From: Candidatus Aenigmatarchaeota archaeon
Lineage (GTDB): Archaea; Aenigmatarchaeota; Aenigmatarchaeia; CG10238-14
Direction of reading: 5' to 3'
NCBI GenBank assembly: GCA_018304545.1
Contig: JAGVVZ010000003.1
Location: 32,987-96,986, forward strand
Length of the DNA: 64,000 nucleotides
Shown here: positions 8,458-18,050 of the stretch, piece by piece
How positions within the stretch are numbered: the first letter of the stretch is position 1
Layout of the letters: each line of letters starts with the position of its first letter
The notes under the pieces: generated by a model
Seen by the model: only the letters and a program-made list of their open reading frames with translations
Told to the model about the DNA's origin: nothing
Databases searched by the model: none
Program-made: the position numbers and the translations under genes

Positions 8458-9554
8458 AAAGACCCGTCATAGTTGGATTTGATCCCGGCACTACAGCTGG
8501 CCTGGCAATCATTGACACCAACGGCCAACTGCTCTTTCTATCCAGCAAAAAAGAAATGAAGAGAAATGAAATATTACGAAACATCATGGCACGCGGAAAA
8601 CCTATCATTATTTCTGCTGACAGAAATCCGTTGCCGCACAACGTTGAGAAACTAGCAAGCACACTGGGTTGCAGGCCATTCTATCCTATCAGATCGTTAT
8701 CGAGTTTAGAGAAAATAAAACTAGTTGGAGGCTTTTCAGACAAAATAAAAAATGATCACGAGAGGGATGCATTAGCTGCTGCCTTAGGAGTTTACAAACA
8801 TTACGCATCATTATTTTTAAAGACCAAGAGAGAACTTGAAAGGATAGGCTTGATCAAACTACACTCATCTGTTCTGGAAAAATTAATAACAAACGAAGCA
8901 GAAAACATAGAAGAAGCTATAGAGATGTCGCAAGAAAAAATACCAAAGATGGAAAAAGAAAAAATTACGCCAAAAATAGAAGTTGCTGTTCCTAAGAATG
9001 TTGCTCTTTTGGAAGAAGAACTTAAAAGAAAGAAGATGGATATTGAAATATTGAAAAAATATAATGAAGACTTGAAAAAAAGAATTGAGCATAATGATAA
9101 AGAACTAAAAATATCTTTGGAAAAAAAATCCGATGGCAATGTCGAGAGACTGAAAGGTGAGATAAGAAAAAAGAACGAGACAATAAAATTACTCAGGGAT
9201 TATAGGCAACATGAAATAAAAGATCTCATGCCTGTGATTGAAATCAAAAACATTAAAAAGGATGAGACGGATGTGTTGCATAATGCTATTGATTTAACAA
9301 ACAGAATCGTATATGCGAAAAATTCTGAGAATGCGCAAATCCTGAATGACTATAATATAAGAGCGCTCATCACTAATACAGAAAACATGTCAAAAAAAAT
9401 TAATTTTCCTGCGATCGATATTAAAGATATTTCCATTCAGCAGTCAAATGAATATAAGGTAGTTGCTGAGAAAGAACTGGAAGAAAATGTTACCAGATCT
9501 AAAAAGACAGGGATAGTTGAATGGCTGGAAACTTACAAGAAAAGGAAAATTTAA
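8454..9554 (+). CDS. DUF460-like archaeal protein: RNase H-fold N-domain plus long coiled-coil tail
   Basis: The N-terminus VIVGFDPGTTAGLAIID resembles the first strand and Asp of RuvC/YqgF-type folds. Residues 130-330 are heptad-rich (K/E). The ATG overlaps the XPF stop (ATGA). Confidence 0.5.
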   Translation: MKRPVIVGFDPGTTAGLAIIDTNGQLLFLSSKKEMKRNEILRNIMARGKPIIISADRNPLPHNVEKLASTLGCRPFYPIRSLSSLEKIKLVGGFSDKIKNDHERDALAAALGVYKHYASLFLKTKRELERIGLIKLHSSVLEKLITNEAENIEEAIEMSQEKIPKMEKEKITPKIEVAVPKNVALLEEELKRKKMDIEILKKYNEDLKKRIEHNDKELKISLEKKSDGNVERLKGEIRKKNETIKLLRDYRQHEIKDLMPVIEIKNIKKDETDVLHNAIDLTNRIVYAKNSENAQILNDYNIRALITNTENMSKKINFPAIDIKDISIQQSNEYKVVAEKELEENVTRSKKTGIVEWLETYKKRKI

Positions 9555-10021
9555 TTCAAGCTGGTTTATTTCTTTTGAAGGTTAACGTCCTGTTAATACC
9601 GTTCTATGTCATAAGCTATATCAAGTTCACTGTTTTGCCGTTGCAAACTGGTTTTGCTGCATTGATTGCTTTTATGCTGAAGGCTTTTAATTTGCAGGTT
9701 TTACAAGCCGATCAATTTCTCTATCTCGGTGCAGACAAATATCCGATAGACATTTCATTCGATTGCTTGGGTTGGAAATCCGTGTATTCACTCTCTGTCC
9801 TAGTAATTGCGACACCCGGCAATATCAAAGAGAAGCTGCATTTTCTAAAGATATGGTTACCTGTCCTGATTGCTATAAACATATTTCGTATAATATCAAT
9901 TATTTTATTAGGCAACGCATTGGGTTACCAGTATATAGAAGCTATCCATAATAATATTTGGCAGATAGGAATAATTGGATTGGTTGTAGGTGTGTGGTAT
10001 CTATGGTTGAAGAAAATGTAA
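9521..10021 (+). CDS. short exosortase/archaeosortase-family membrane protein (ArtE-like)
   Basis: 166 aa with 5 predicted TM helices. A DCLGWKS motif resembles the catalytic Cys region of exosortases. A downstream Arg (NIFRI) and Asn (LGNAL) are conserved. It overlaps the upstream gene by 34 nt. Confidence 0.45.
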   Translation: MAGNLQEKENLIQAGLFLLKVNVLLIPFYVISYIKFTVLPLQTGFAALIAFMLKAFNLQVLQADQFLYLGADKYPIDISFDCLGWKSVYSLSVLVIATPGNIKEKLHFLKIWLPVLIAINIFRIISIILLGNALGYQYIEAIHNNIWQIGIIGLVVGVWYLWLKKM

Positions 10022-10063
10022 AGAAATATCTTGTAGATTTTTCAAATTATTAAAAGGTGCAAA

Positions 10064-11539
10064 ATGCCAAACCCCGTCATTCGTGTAGAAAAGAACGTTG
10101 AGAAAATCAAGGACAAAGTAAAGATAGTAGAGCTCCAGTTAAGCAAAAGAATTTCCGATCTTGAATTAAGTGTTGGCAGACTTGAGGAAAGATTCAAAGA
10201 AATATGGGAGCTGATACCTAGTCTTAAAGATCGTGCGGAAGAGATAGAAGATCTTCTTAATGTAGTCAATCTCGGCATAGTTGATTTCAAAAAAAGTATG
10301 GAAGAGTTGCATTTGCGTGTTGGCAGCATAGAAGAATTACCTGGCAAGGTCGACAAAAGCATCGTTGAGCATAATGAGAAAATCAAGGCATTCGAAGCAA
10401 CTGTCAATAAATTGGACGACGACTTGAAAGCGTTGAACACAGCAAAAGAAGGGATAGTGATGAAGATTGACAACGCGATAATGCCTAATATTGATATAGT
10501 AAAAGAGTCCGGTGAAAAAAATAGAATCACTATAGAAGAAATGAAAAAGGATTTGGAAAACTTTTCTTATCTTGTCAAATCATTCCAACGGACTATAGAG
10601 CTGTCTGATATTGACAGCGTCATCAAGCGGTTTGACTTAGTCAATTCTAAGATACTGAATATTGAAGTGCAAATAGAATCTCTTAGAGGACGCGTGCCTG
10701 ACATGTCCACTCTTGATAAAGAAATGGAGATGATGAAAGCCAGAGTTCAGGAGATGATGAATGCTGTAGTTGACAGAGATACCAGAGTCAAAGAATCGGA
10801 AGCCACTATAAACATAATCAAGAACAAAATACAGGAACTGAAATTTGTTGAAACCGTTGAAAGTTTGAGATCAGATATTAAGGAAAAGGAAAAGATGATA
10901 CTGATAAATCAGATGAAGTTCGACGATCTCGCCCGCAAGTTTGAGAAGAGTTCTGACGAACTGAGCACGAAGATAGGCCTGTTGGAAAATACGATGAGGA
11001 AGGCAAAGCACATAGATCTGATTGAAGCTATTAGCAAAGACGTGCATGATCAAGTGTCTTATTTGGATGACACGAGATCAAATGTTGAAAAGCTGTCGAG
11101 CAAGGTAGAGAAGATATACTTCGATATGACAAGGAAAATGAATAACATGGAGATGCTCGAATCTGATCTGAAGAAAGTAAAGCTTGCGATATTTGAAATG
11201 CAAAAAAACATGGATGAAAGCAGGTTAGCTACGGAAGTGAGCGGTGTGAAACGTATAGCCAGCATAAGAGATTCCGAGGATTTGAGAAGCACTGTCAAAG
11301 AGATAAAAGAAAAAATTGACAAAATGCCTGAAGTGGATCAAGGCAAGATATCTACACTGGAGAACGAGCTTTCGTCACTGAAAAAGATGATGATCCCAAC
11401 CGTTTATGATACTCCCGTTGTCAATAAGGATTCTTCATTAATTGCGATGAAGGAAGTAATAAGCAGATTAGACTCAATAGATAGAAGACTGAACCAGCTT
11501 GAGATGAAGAATAAGGGACGACCTATCATTCTGGAGTAG
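10064..11539 (+). CDS. long coiled-coil protein (structural/cytoskeletal-like), unknown function
   Basis: 491 aa that is almost entirely heptad-repeat K/E/L/I-rich sequence. An AGGTG motif lies 6 nt upstream of the ATG. Confidence 0.5.
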   Translation: MPNPVIRVEKNVEKIKDKVKIVELQLSKRISDLELSVGRLEERFKEIWELIPSLKDRAEEIEDLLNVVNLGIVDFKKSMEELHLRVGSIEELPGKVDKSIVEHNEKIKAFEATVNKLDDDLKALNTAKEGIVMKIDNAIMPNIDIVKESGEKNRITIEEMKKDLENFSYLVKSFQRTIELSDIDSVIKRFDLVNSKILNIEVQIESLRGRVPDMSTLDKEMEMMKARVQEMMNAVVDRDTRVKESEATINIIKNKIQELKFVETVESLRSDIKEKEKMILINQMKFDDLARKFEKSSDELSTKIGLLENTMRKAKHIDLIEAISKDVHDQVSYLDDTRSNVEKLSSKVEKIYFDMTRKMNNMEMLESDLKKVKLAIFEMQKNMDESRLATEVSGVKRIASIRDSEDLRSTVKEIKEKIDKMPEVDQGKISTLENELSSLKKMMIPTVYDTPVVNKDSSLIAMKEVISRLDSIDRRLNQLEMKNKGRPIILE

Positions 11540-11585
11540 TTACATTTATTAAACGTATTTAAACCTAATTTTTTAGTAATGAATC

Positions 11586-12395
11586 ATGAGCGACCCAGAT
11601 GTTCAATTAAAGTTATCTAAAACTCAATACTTAGGACCTCCCAAGGATTCATTATTATTAAGAATAGCTACTGTGCCTGCTCTTGGCAGAGATTTTTCGT
11701 TATATACTAAGTCACTTTTTATATTTGATGGTCCATCCTTGGGAAGACTGAACATTGTAGATGATGTCAGATACAGAGCTACATGGCACCAATATGGGAA
11801 AATTTCACTGAGAGGCAGAAAACAAAAAATAGGTGCAGAACGAGTCAAACACCTTACATATGCGGTGTTATCTGCAATGGGTTTATCATTTATAGGTAAT
11901 TTATTTGATCTTGTTTACACCTTTAAAACAAGTCAAAGGTTTGATTTTGAATCTGATTTAGTTTTGAATCTTTATGACGAACAGGAAGGACAAAAAAGAA
12001 ATACTGCTGTTGGAACGCTCTCAGCGAGTGCTAAAAAACACTATGCCCGTACAAAAGAACAAAGAGATGCAATAAAAAAATTCACAGGAAATTTAAGTGA
12101 TACGACTGCGCTACCAAAAAGGATGTTGGAAAATTTAGAAAATTATCCTGTATTATCTGTATCAACCAAATATGCAATGCCTCGAAAAAGTGTTGATTAT
12201 GTTCTTTCTCTACAGAGAAGACAATTAAGCAATGAATATAAAGATCCCTTGTTGGTCATGAGAACAGGTGTTGATATTTCCGGCCTGAGTTCTGATCATT
12301 CTCATGATGTGCACAGAATTTGTTCCATTACACAAATACATGGATATCCGGTATTTGTAAATAGTGTGGATTTTCCCGGACCTAAATATGAATAA
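11586..12395 (+). CDS. hypothetical protein
   Basis: 269-aa ORF with coding-like composition and no motif I recognise. Confidence 0.4.
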   Translation: MSDPDVQLKLSKTQYLGPPKDSLLLRIATVPALGRDFSLYTKSLFIFDGPSLGRLNIVDDVRYRATWHQYGKISLRGRKQKIGAERVKHLTYAVLSAMGLSFIGNLFDLVYTFKTSQRFDFESDLVLNLYDEQEGQKRNTAVGTLSASAKKHYARTKEQRDAIKKFTGNLSDTTALPKRMLENLENYPVLSVSTKYAMPRKSVDYVLSLQRRQLSNEYKDPLLVMRTGVDISGLSSDHSHDVHRICSITQIHGYPVFVNSVDFPGPKYE

Positions 12396-12471
12396 TAGCA
12401 TGAGATGTTTTTCTCAAGAACAAATCTTATTAATAAATAGCTATTGATAATTCTTTGTTATAGGTTTTGAA

Positions 12472-14583
12472 ATGGGATACACACTAATAATCACAGAAAA
12501 GCCCCAAGCAGCAAAGCAGATAGCCAATGCGTTATCAGACGGCTCGGCAAAGATGATCAAGAGAGGAGGTGCATATTATTTTGAATTTACTAGAAACGGC
12601 AGAAAACATTTTTGTGTGCCTGCTGTTGGTCATCTATTCATACTTGACACGATAAACACCAATGGTTGGAATTATCCGGTTTTCGATTTAGAGTGGGTTC
12701 CCACGCATACGAAAAAGGATTTGAAATGGACTGAAAAGTATTATCAAAATATTCAAGAATTAGCTAAGAAAGCGGATGACTTCATAGACGCGGCAGACTA
12801 TGATACAGAGGGTGAAGTCCTTCTATTCAACATCCTGAAATTTATCTGCAATAAAAATGATGCAAAGAGAATGAAATTCAGCACTCTGACCAAATCGGAT
12901 ATCGTCGATGCTTATGAAAACGTGTTTGATCATATTGATTTTGGTCAGGCTGAGGCTGGACTAACCCGGCATTATCTCGATGCTTTCTGGGGATTCAATA
13001 CAACCCGTGCTCTGACCAAGTCGCTGAACGATTTTTTGCATAAGGGTTTCACCGTAGTCTCAACTGGTCGCGTGCAGGGACCCACACTAGCAATATTAAC
13101 CAAGAGAGAAATAGATATCAGAAACTTCAAGCCTACTCCCTTTTGGGTTTTAGAACTGAAGGCTTTGAAGGAAGATCACATCATACCAGCAACCTACGAA
13201 AAGGAGAGAATACTAGATAAGAATGAAGCGAAAAGAATTTTTGAAGCATGTAAAAATAAAGATGCAAAGGTCAAAGATATACAAACAAAGAAATATAATC
13301 AATTGCCACCAACGCCTTTCGATACAACTACACTGCAGACAGAATCTTACAGATGCTTTGGCTTCTCTCCGACACAAACTCTCAGCATAGCCGAAAGCCT
13401 GTACACTCATGGTTATATTTCATATCCGCGAACCAGCAGCCAGAAATTGCCTCCTAAGATCGGATACAAACTGATATTATCAAGTCTGGGAAGGATGAAA
13501 TTTTTTGAAAAAGAGGCTGCCTTGTTGTTAAAGAAGAATGTATTAAGACCGAAAGAAGGTATTAAAGAAGATCCTGCTCATCCGGCAATATTCCCCACGG
13601 CTCAAACGCCTAACTTTGATAAATTGAGCCAACAGGAAAAGAAGGTATATGAGCTCGTCGTTAGAAGATTTTTAGCCACATTTGGCGATGCTGCTGTCAG
13701 AGAATCAATGAAGGTCGTGCTGGATGTCAACAACCATAATTTCATCGCCAATGGCGTGCAGACGCTATCACCTGGATGGACAGAATTATATGGAAGATTT
13801 GTTGAGTTGAAAGAAGAGACTCTTCCGGAACTGAAGATGGAAGAAATATTGAAAGTGAAAGAGTTGAAAATGTCCGAGAAGAAGACTCAGCCTCCTGCTC
13901 GCTACTCACAAGCATCCGTATTGAAAGAGATGGAGAAGAAGGAATTGGGAACGAAAGCAACTCGCGCATCCATACTGCAAACGCTATACGATCGTGGCTA
14001 CATCAAAGGCAAGAGCATCGAAGTCACTAAGTTCGGTGAACAGGTGATAAAGGTTCTAGAAGAGTATAGCCCGAAAGTAATTTCTGAAGAGTTAACAAGA
14101 AAATTTGAAGAAGAAATGGAAATGGTGAATAAACTCGAGAAGAAAAGAGAAGAGGTTGTAGAAGATGCGAAAAATCTGCTTACTGATGTAATGAAAGACT
14201 TCAAAGATAATGAGAAAAGAATTGGTGAAGAGTTATCGAAGGCTTACATAACATTCAAACAAGATCAGAAAAGAATTGGCGTTTGTCCTAAATGTGAAAA
14301 AGATCTCACGATTATTGTGTCAAGAAAAAGCGGGAAAAGATTTGTCGGCTGCTCTGGCTATAAAGACGGCTGTGATTTTTCGACGCCTTTGCCTCAAACG
14401 GGAAGTATAACAACGACTGATAAAAAATGTCAGACATGCGGTTATCCTATCATACACTTAAGGTTCAAGGGGAGGAGAATGATCGTTACATGCATCAATA
14501 TGAAATGTCCTACTAAAGAGAATTTGAATAATGAAAAAACCAAAGAGAATTCAAATAACAATTCAAAAGAAAATAGCAGTTAA
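12472..14583 (+). CDS. topA: DNA topoisomerase I (type IA) with C-terminal zinc ribbons
   Basis: TOPRIM N-terminus LIITEKPQAAK...DYDTEGE. The active-site Tyr lies in GYISYPRTSS. Two C-terminal C4 ribbons are present (CPKCEKD..CSGYKDGC and CQTCGYP..CINMKC). Confidence 0.9.
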   Translation: MGYTLIITEKPQAAKQIANALSDGSAKMIKRGGAYYFEFTRNGRKHFCVPAVGHLFILDTINTNGWNYPVFDLEWVPTHTKKDLKWTEKYYQNIQELAKKADDFIDAADYDTEGEVLLFNILKFICNKNDAKRMKFSTLTKSDIVDAYENVFDHIDFGQAEAGLTRHYLDAFWGFNTTRALTKSLNDFLHKGFTVVSTGRVQGPTLAILTKREIDIRNFKPTPFWVLELKALKEDHIIPATYEKERILDKNEAKRIFEACKNKDAKVKDIQTKKYNQLPPTPFDTTTLQTESYRCFGFSPTQTLSIAESLYTHGYISYPRTSSQKLPPKIGYKLILSSLGRMKFFEKEAALLLKKNVLRPKEGIKEDPAHPAIFPTAQTPNFDKLSQQEKKVYELVVRRFLATFGDAAVRESMKVVLDVNNHNFIANGVQTLSPGWTELYGRFVELKEETLPELKMEEILKVKELKMSEKKTQPPARYSQASVLKEMEKKELGTKATRASILQTLYDRGYIKGKSIEVTKFGEQVIKVLEEYSPKVISEELTRKFEEEMEMVNKLEKKREEVVEDAKNLLTDVMKDFKDNEKRIGEELSKAYITFKQDQKRIGVCPKCEKDLTIIVSRKSGKRFVGCSGYKDGCDFSTPLPQTGSITTTDKKCQTCGYPIIHLRFKGRRMIVTCINMKCPTKENLNNEKTKENSNNNSKENSS

Positions 14584-14616
14584 TTATTTTTATTGAAAAT
14601 TTAATATGGAAATATC

Positions 14617-15099
14617 TTATGTTGTAACTGGTCTTAAAACAGGATCAAATCTAACTCTTTGACGAGTTGGTCTATACAAATTTTTTGTCATATCAGATAA
14701 CACGAGTAAAACGGATGCTGAATAATACACCATAGACGCTCTTTGAATCTTATCTCCTTCAGCTATTCCCTCTCTTAGCATACATCTTCTATGATCCTTC
14801 AAATCATATACTTTAACTGATACTCTCTGAATGTTGTCATCCAGATAAACGTGAGAATCATCACCGCCTTTATAATATCTGACATTATGCAAATTAATCC
14901 AAGCTCCACCAAGAACAATAGGCTTTCCCAAAATTAACGGAAGTAAAAATCCGCCTATCATTCTGTCGTAACCTGTTATTTTAACTCCCTCTCTTTCTCT
15001 TAAAAAATCGCTTATCGAAGTTGCATCATATATATGAGGTAAAAAAAGATCTAAGAAATGATTGCCCTCTCCTTTAATTTGTGAATTAAAATGAAACAT
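14617..15099 (-). CDS. hypothetical protein
   Basis: 160-aa ORF convergent with topA. No recognisable motif. Confidence 0.35.
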   Translation of the reverse strand: MFHFNSQIKGEGNHFLDLFLPHIYDATSISDFLREREGVKITGYDRMIGGFLLPLILGKPIVLGGAWINLHNVRYYKGGDDSHVYLDDNIQRVSVKVYDLKDHRRCMLREGIAEGDKIQRASMVYYSASVLLVLSDMTKNLYRPTRQRVRFDPVLRPVTT

Positions 15100-15164
15100 A
15101 GCAAATCGCCAAATATTTCTAAGAATTAAATGAATAGAAATAGATTAAAAGTATTAGTCAGCAA

Positions 15165-17438
15165 CTAACATCCGTGTTTTCCGAAACATCCTACTGGCGT
15201 ATGCCTGCAACATCTCTTCCATCTTTTTGGGAAACAGCACGGCAAAAGCAAAAAGAACAACACTAATAAGAACAATAATAAGAATAGCAATAACCATGGC
15301 AACAAAGCACCTAAATCCATAGTTGGGAATTTGAATGGTTTTGTTGCTTTCAAACTAGATTCGAAATAATACACGGGAGATCCGGACGCTGCTAATGTAA
15401 AACCGTATTTTCCTGATTTGACATCGCATGGCACATCAACAACTGCTTCTACCGTCTTTCTCTGATTCATTTTCAATTGGACCTGTCCCGGCAATACGCT
15501 GAACCAGTCTGCCGATTCGCCAGATACGCTTAATGTGAATATGTCATCTGCCGTTCCTTTATTCAAAACATCGAATTTTATCGTGTTTGTTTCACAAATA
15601 TTTACCGGATATTCTTTCTTGCCGAATATTATTGGCACACCATCATTGATTACAAAATCTTCTGTCAATGAATCGCTTGAAAATGAATTGTAAACAGATG
15701 CTTTCATCTGAATAGTTCCTTCAGTGTCTTTAGGCACATTGAATGCAAACAGTATATCTCTGGATTGGGATGGGTACAATGTGTATGTGGCTGCAGAATA
15801 TGATCTCTTAAATGCCAGCATATCTGTATTTATGTTGTTTTCAACACTGCTGCCACAATTGAAAATTCTGGCTCTCATATTGGCTTGCTGCCCCGGTATC
15901 AGTTTATCATCTGTCCACAAATCTTCAACACTCAAGCAATGAGATGATCTAAACAAAGAGAACTGATCTATAACAACTCTCCTGTCAATCACAAAATCCC
16001 TTCTTACTACTCCGCAATCTTCAACTCTGAAAGATGAAAATTCTGTTTCTGTATCATCATTATCTACTATGACTTTCACTTCATGCGTTCCAAGATCCAA
16101 ATCAAACGCATCAAAATTAAATGTCGTTGAGAATTCTCTCCTATCATCCACATCCATTTCATGATCATCATCACCAACAAAGAAAAAATGTCCGTTATCG
16201 TCTTCCACATAAAACTTTGCTTCAACTCTTTCGTTGTCATTCCCTTCTTCTAATTCCACATCAACGGATAATTCTACAAGCTCGTCTTGATCTATGCAAA
16301 CGCTCGCAGGAGATGCCTCGAAATCATCCACTCTCAATTCATCATCACGATCATCATGATCTTCATCTACTGAAAATGTGTCCTGATCCTGAGCTGACAC
16401 TCCATCAACAGACGCTGTTATTTTTGCTGTATGTGTGCCATCGTTTAATCCGCTCGTATCTTCAATAAAGAATACATATTCCGACTGGCCCTCGCTCAAA
16501 TAAAATGTTATGCTATTCCTAAAATCATCATCAATATGCAATTTGGCAGTCACTGGATGCATGCCATTTGGAGCTTCAACTAAAGTGACTGTGCCTGTCA
16601 CTGTGACATCTTCTCCTTCGTCTAATGAAGATGGAGAGGCATCTACGCTATGAACGTCAATTGCAAAATCATCATCACAATCTACTGTTATCACAACCGT
16701 GTCTATTCCTTCTGCGCCTTGATTATCCCTTACTTTCAATGTGACTACATGAACCCCTTCTGGAAATGTATAAGTGAACACAACATCATTATCAATGAAG
16801 CTCCCGTCATCCCACCATTCATATGAAACAATATAGCCATCTAGATCGTAAGAATCTGATCCGTCTAAGATCGTCGTCTCGCCTGCGCACAAAGTTCTGT
16901 CTGTTCCTGCTATTGCCTGAGGCCTGACATTTAATATAGTTGTTGTAACAGGCGGGATTGTAGTTGTTGTACTGGTTGTAGTTGGGGGAATTGTAGTTGT
17001 TGGAGGAGGCAAAGTAGTTGTTGGAGGTATGGTTGTTGTAGGTGATCCGCAATTATCTGAAGACCATATCATGAAATCTCTCAAATAAGTCAGTTCTGAA
17101 CTGCTAGGATGATTATATACATCAAGTTGCTGTCTCTGGCAAGATCCTCCATTAAAACCCAAAGTTACAGGACCGGAAAAAATTTCTCTGTTACTTAAAC
17201 ACTCAGCACTGCCTTGGCCGTTGCAGGTGTATCTTTCTATTCTTCCACCCGTTCCAATTGTACATGTACCCGAATAAGGATCGCATCCGTTGCAATTAGG
17301 GTCTCCTGGATAAGCGCCGCATCTAGCAACTACACGACCACCATTTACTGGCGTGTTAGGATTATAAGCTAACACTAAACCCAGAGAAATAAGGATTATG
17401 ATGAATGTTGCCGTAATCTGAACGTTCATTTTATTCAT
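15165..17438 (-). CDS. secreted cell-surface protein with Ig/PKD-like domains, Asp-rich region and PT linker
   Basis: N-terminal signal/TM (ITATFIIILISLGLVLA). Linker TTTIPPTTTLPPPTTTIPPTTTSTTTTIPP. PKD-like block YEWWDDGSF...FTYTFPEGVHVVTLKV. C-terminal TM plus Cys-rich basic tail. Confidence 0.6.
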   Translation of the reverse strand: MNKMNVQITATFIIILISLGLVLAYNPNTPVNGGRVVARCGAYPGDPNCNGCDPYSGTCTIGTGGRIERYTCNGQGSAECLSNREIFSGPVTLGFNGGSCQRQQLDVYNHPSSSELTYLRDFMIWSSDNCGSPTTTIPPTTTLPPPTTTIPPTTTSTTTTIPPVTTTILNVRPQAIAGTDRTLCAGETTILDGSDSYDLDGYIVSYEWWDDGSFIDNDVVFTYTFPEGVHVVTLKVRDNQGAEGIDTVVITVDCDDDFAIDVHSVDASPSSLDEGEDVTVTGTVTLVEAPNGMHPVTAKLHIDDDFRNSITFYLSEGQSEYVFFIEDTSGLNDGTHTAKITASVDGVSAQDQDTFSVDEDHDDRDDELRVDDFEASPASVCIDQDELVELSVDVELEEGNDNERVEAKFYVEDDNGHFFFVGDDDHEMDVDDRREFSTTFNFDAFDLDLGTHEVKVIVDNDDTETEFSSFRVEDCGVVRRDFVIDRRVVIDQFSLFRSSHCLSVEDLWTDDKLIPGQQANMRARIFNCGSSVENNINTDMLAFKRSYSAATYTLYPSQSRDILFAFNVPKDTEGTIQMKASVYNSFSSDSLTEDFVINDGVPIIFGKKEYPVNICETNTIKFDVLNKGTADDIFTLSVSGESADWFSVLPGQVQLKMNQRKTVEAVVDVPCDVKSGKYGFTLAASGSPVYYFESSLKATKPFKFPTMDLGALLPWLLLFLLLFLLVLFFLLLPCCFPKRWKRCCRHTPVGCFGKHGC

Positions 17439-17547
17439 GATTATCTTTTACTATTGAGTAGTAATAGACTTAAATGCTTTTCTGTAATATTAAATTCACT
17501 ACAATATTATTTGAAAAAATAATAAACATATTTCGAAGTGATAATAT

Positions 17548-17769
17548 ATGGTTGGACAAGACGATGTAGAAGATGGATATCAATCATGGTATAAAGTTTT
17601 TCTAAAACCTGGAGATGATAGTGTTAATGATGTAATCAGTAGATTCATGAGGGGAAGGAATCCTTATGGGGTCGGGTCTAGAACTCTGAAACTGACTTGT
17701 GCTGTAGAAGGCAATTATGCTTATTTTAAATTTAAATATGTAGGAGAAATTTACGAGAAATCACTATAA
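17548..17769 (+). CDS. small hypothetical protein
   Basis: 73-aa ORF in an intergenic gap. Coding status uncertain. Confidence 0.25.
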   Translation: MVGQDDVEDGYQSWYKVFLKPGDDSVNDVISRFMRGRNPYGVGSRTLKLTCAVEGNYAYFKFKYVGEIYEKSL

Positions 17770-17808
17770 AATCTTAAATTTTTATTGATCGATATATTAT
17801 GGTGAATT

Positions 17809-18030
17809 ATGCCTACTTACGATTATCCATCAAATAGATTAGAAACGCTAGAACAAGTGTTAAGACAATACGGTCTGAATCTGGCAAGTTCACAACGCGG
17901 ACAAGATATAAAAAGAAACGGAAAACCTGCCTTAGGATATTACTCCTTGGGAAAATTAACTGTTTTTGGAGAATATATGGAAGATCCGGCTATAGTAAAT
18001 TCTTTAAGAGATTTAAGTATTGTTCAATAA
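17809..18030 (+). CDS. small hypothetical protein
   Basis: 73-aa ORF. Coding status uncertain. Confidence 0.25.
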   Translation: MPTYDYPSNRLETLEQVLRQYGLNLASSQRGQDIKRNGKPALGYYSLGKLTVFGEYMEDPAIVNSLRDLSIVQ

Positions 18031-18050
18031 TTATTCCACAAAGATAAGGT

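Noticed and set aside
16121-16468. His-rich 115-aa plus-strand ORF inside the 15165..17438 gene
   Set aside because: It is antisense to the Asp-rich region of the real gene (GAT/GAC codons read as ATC/GTC and His). It is an artefact.
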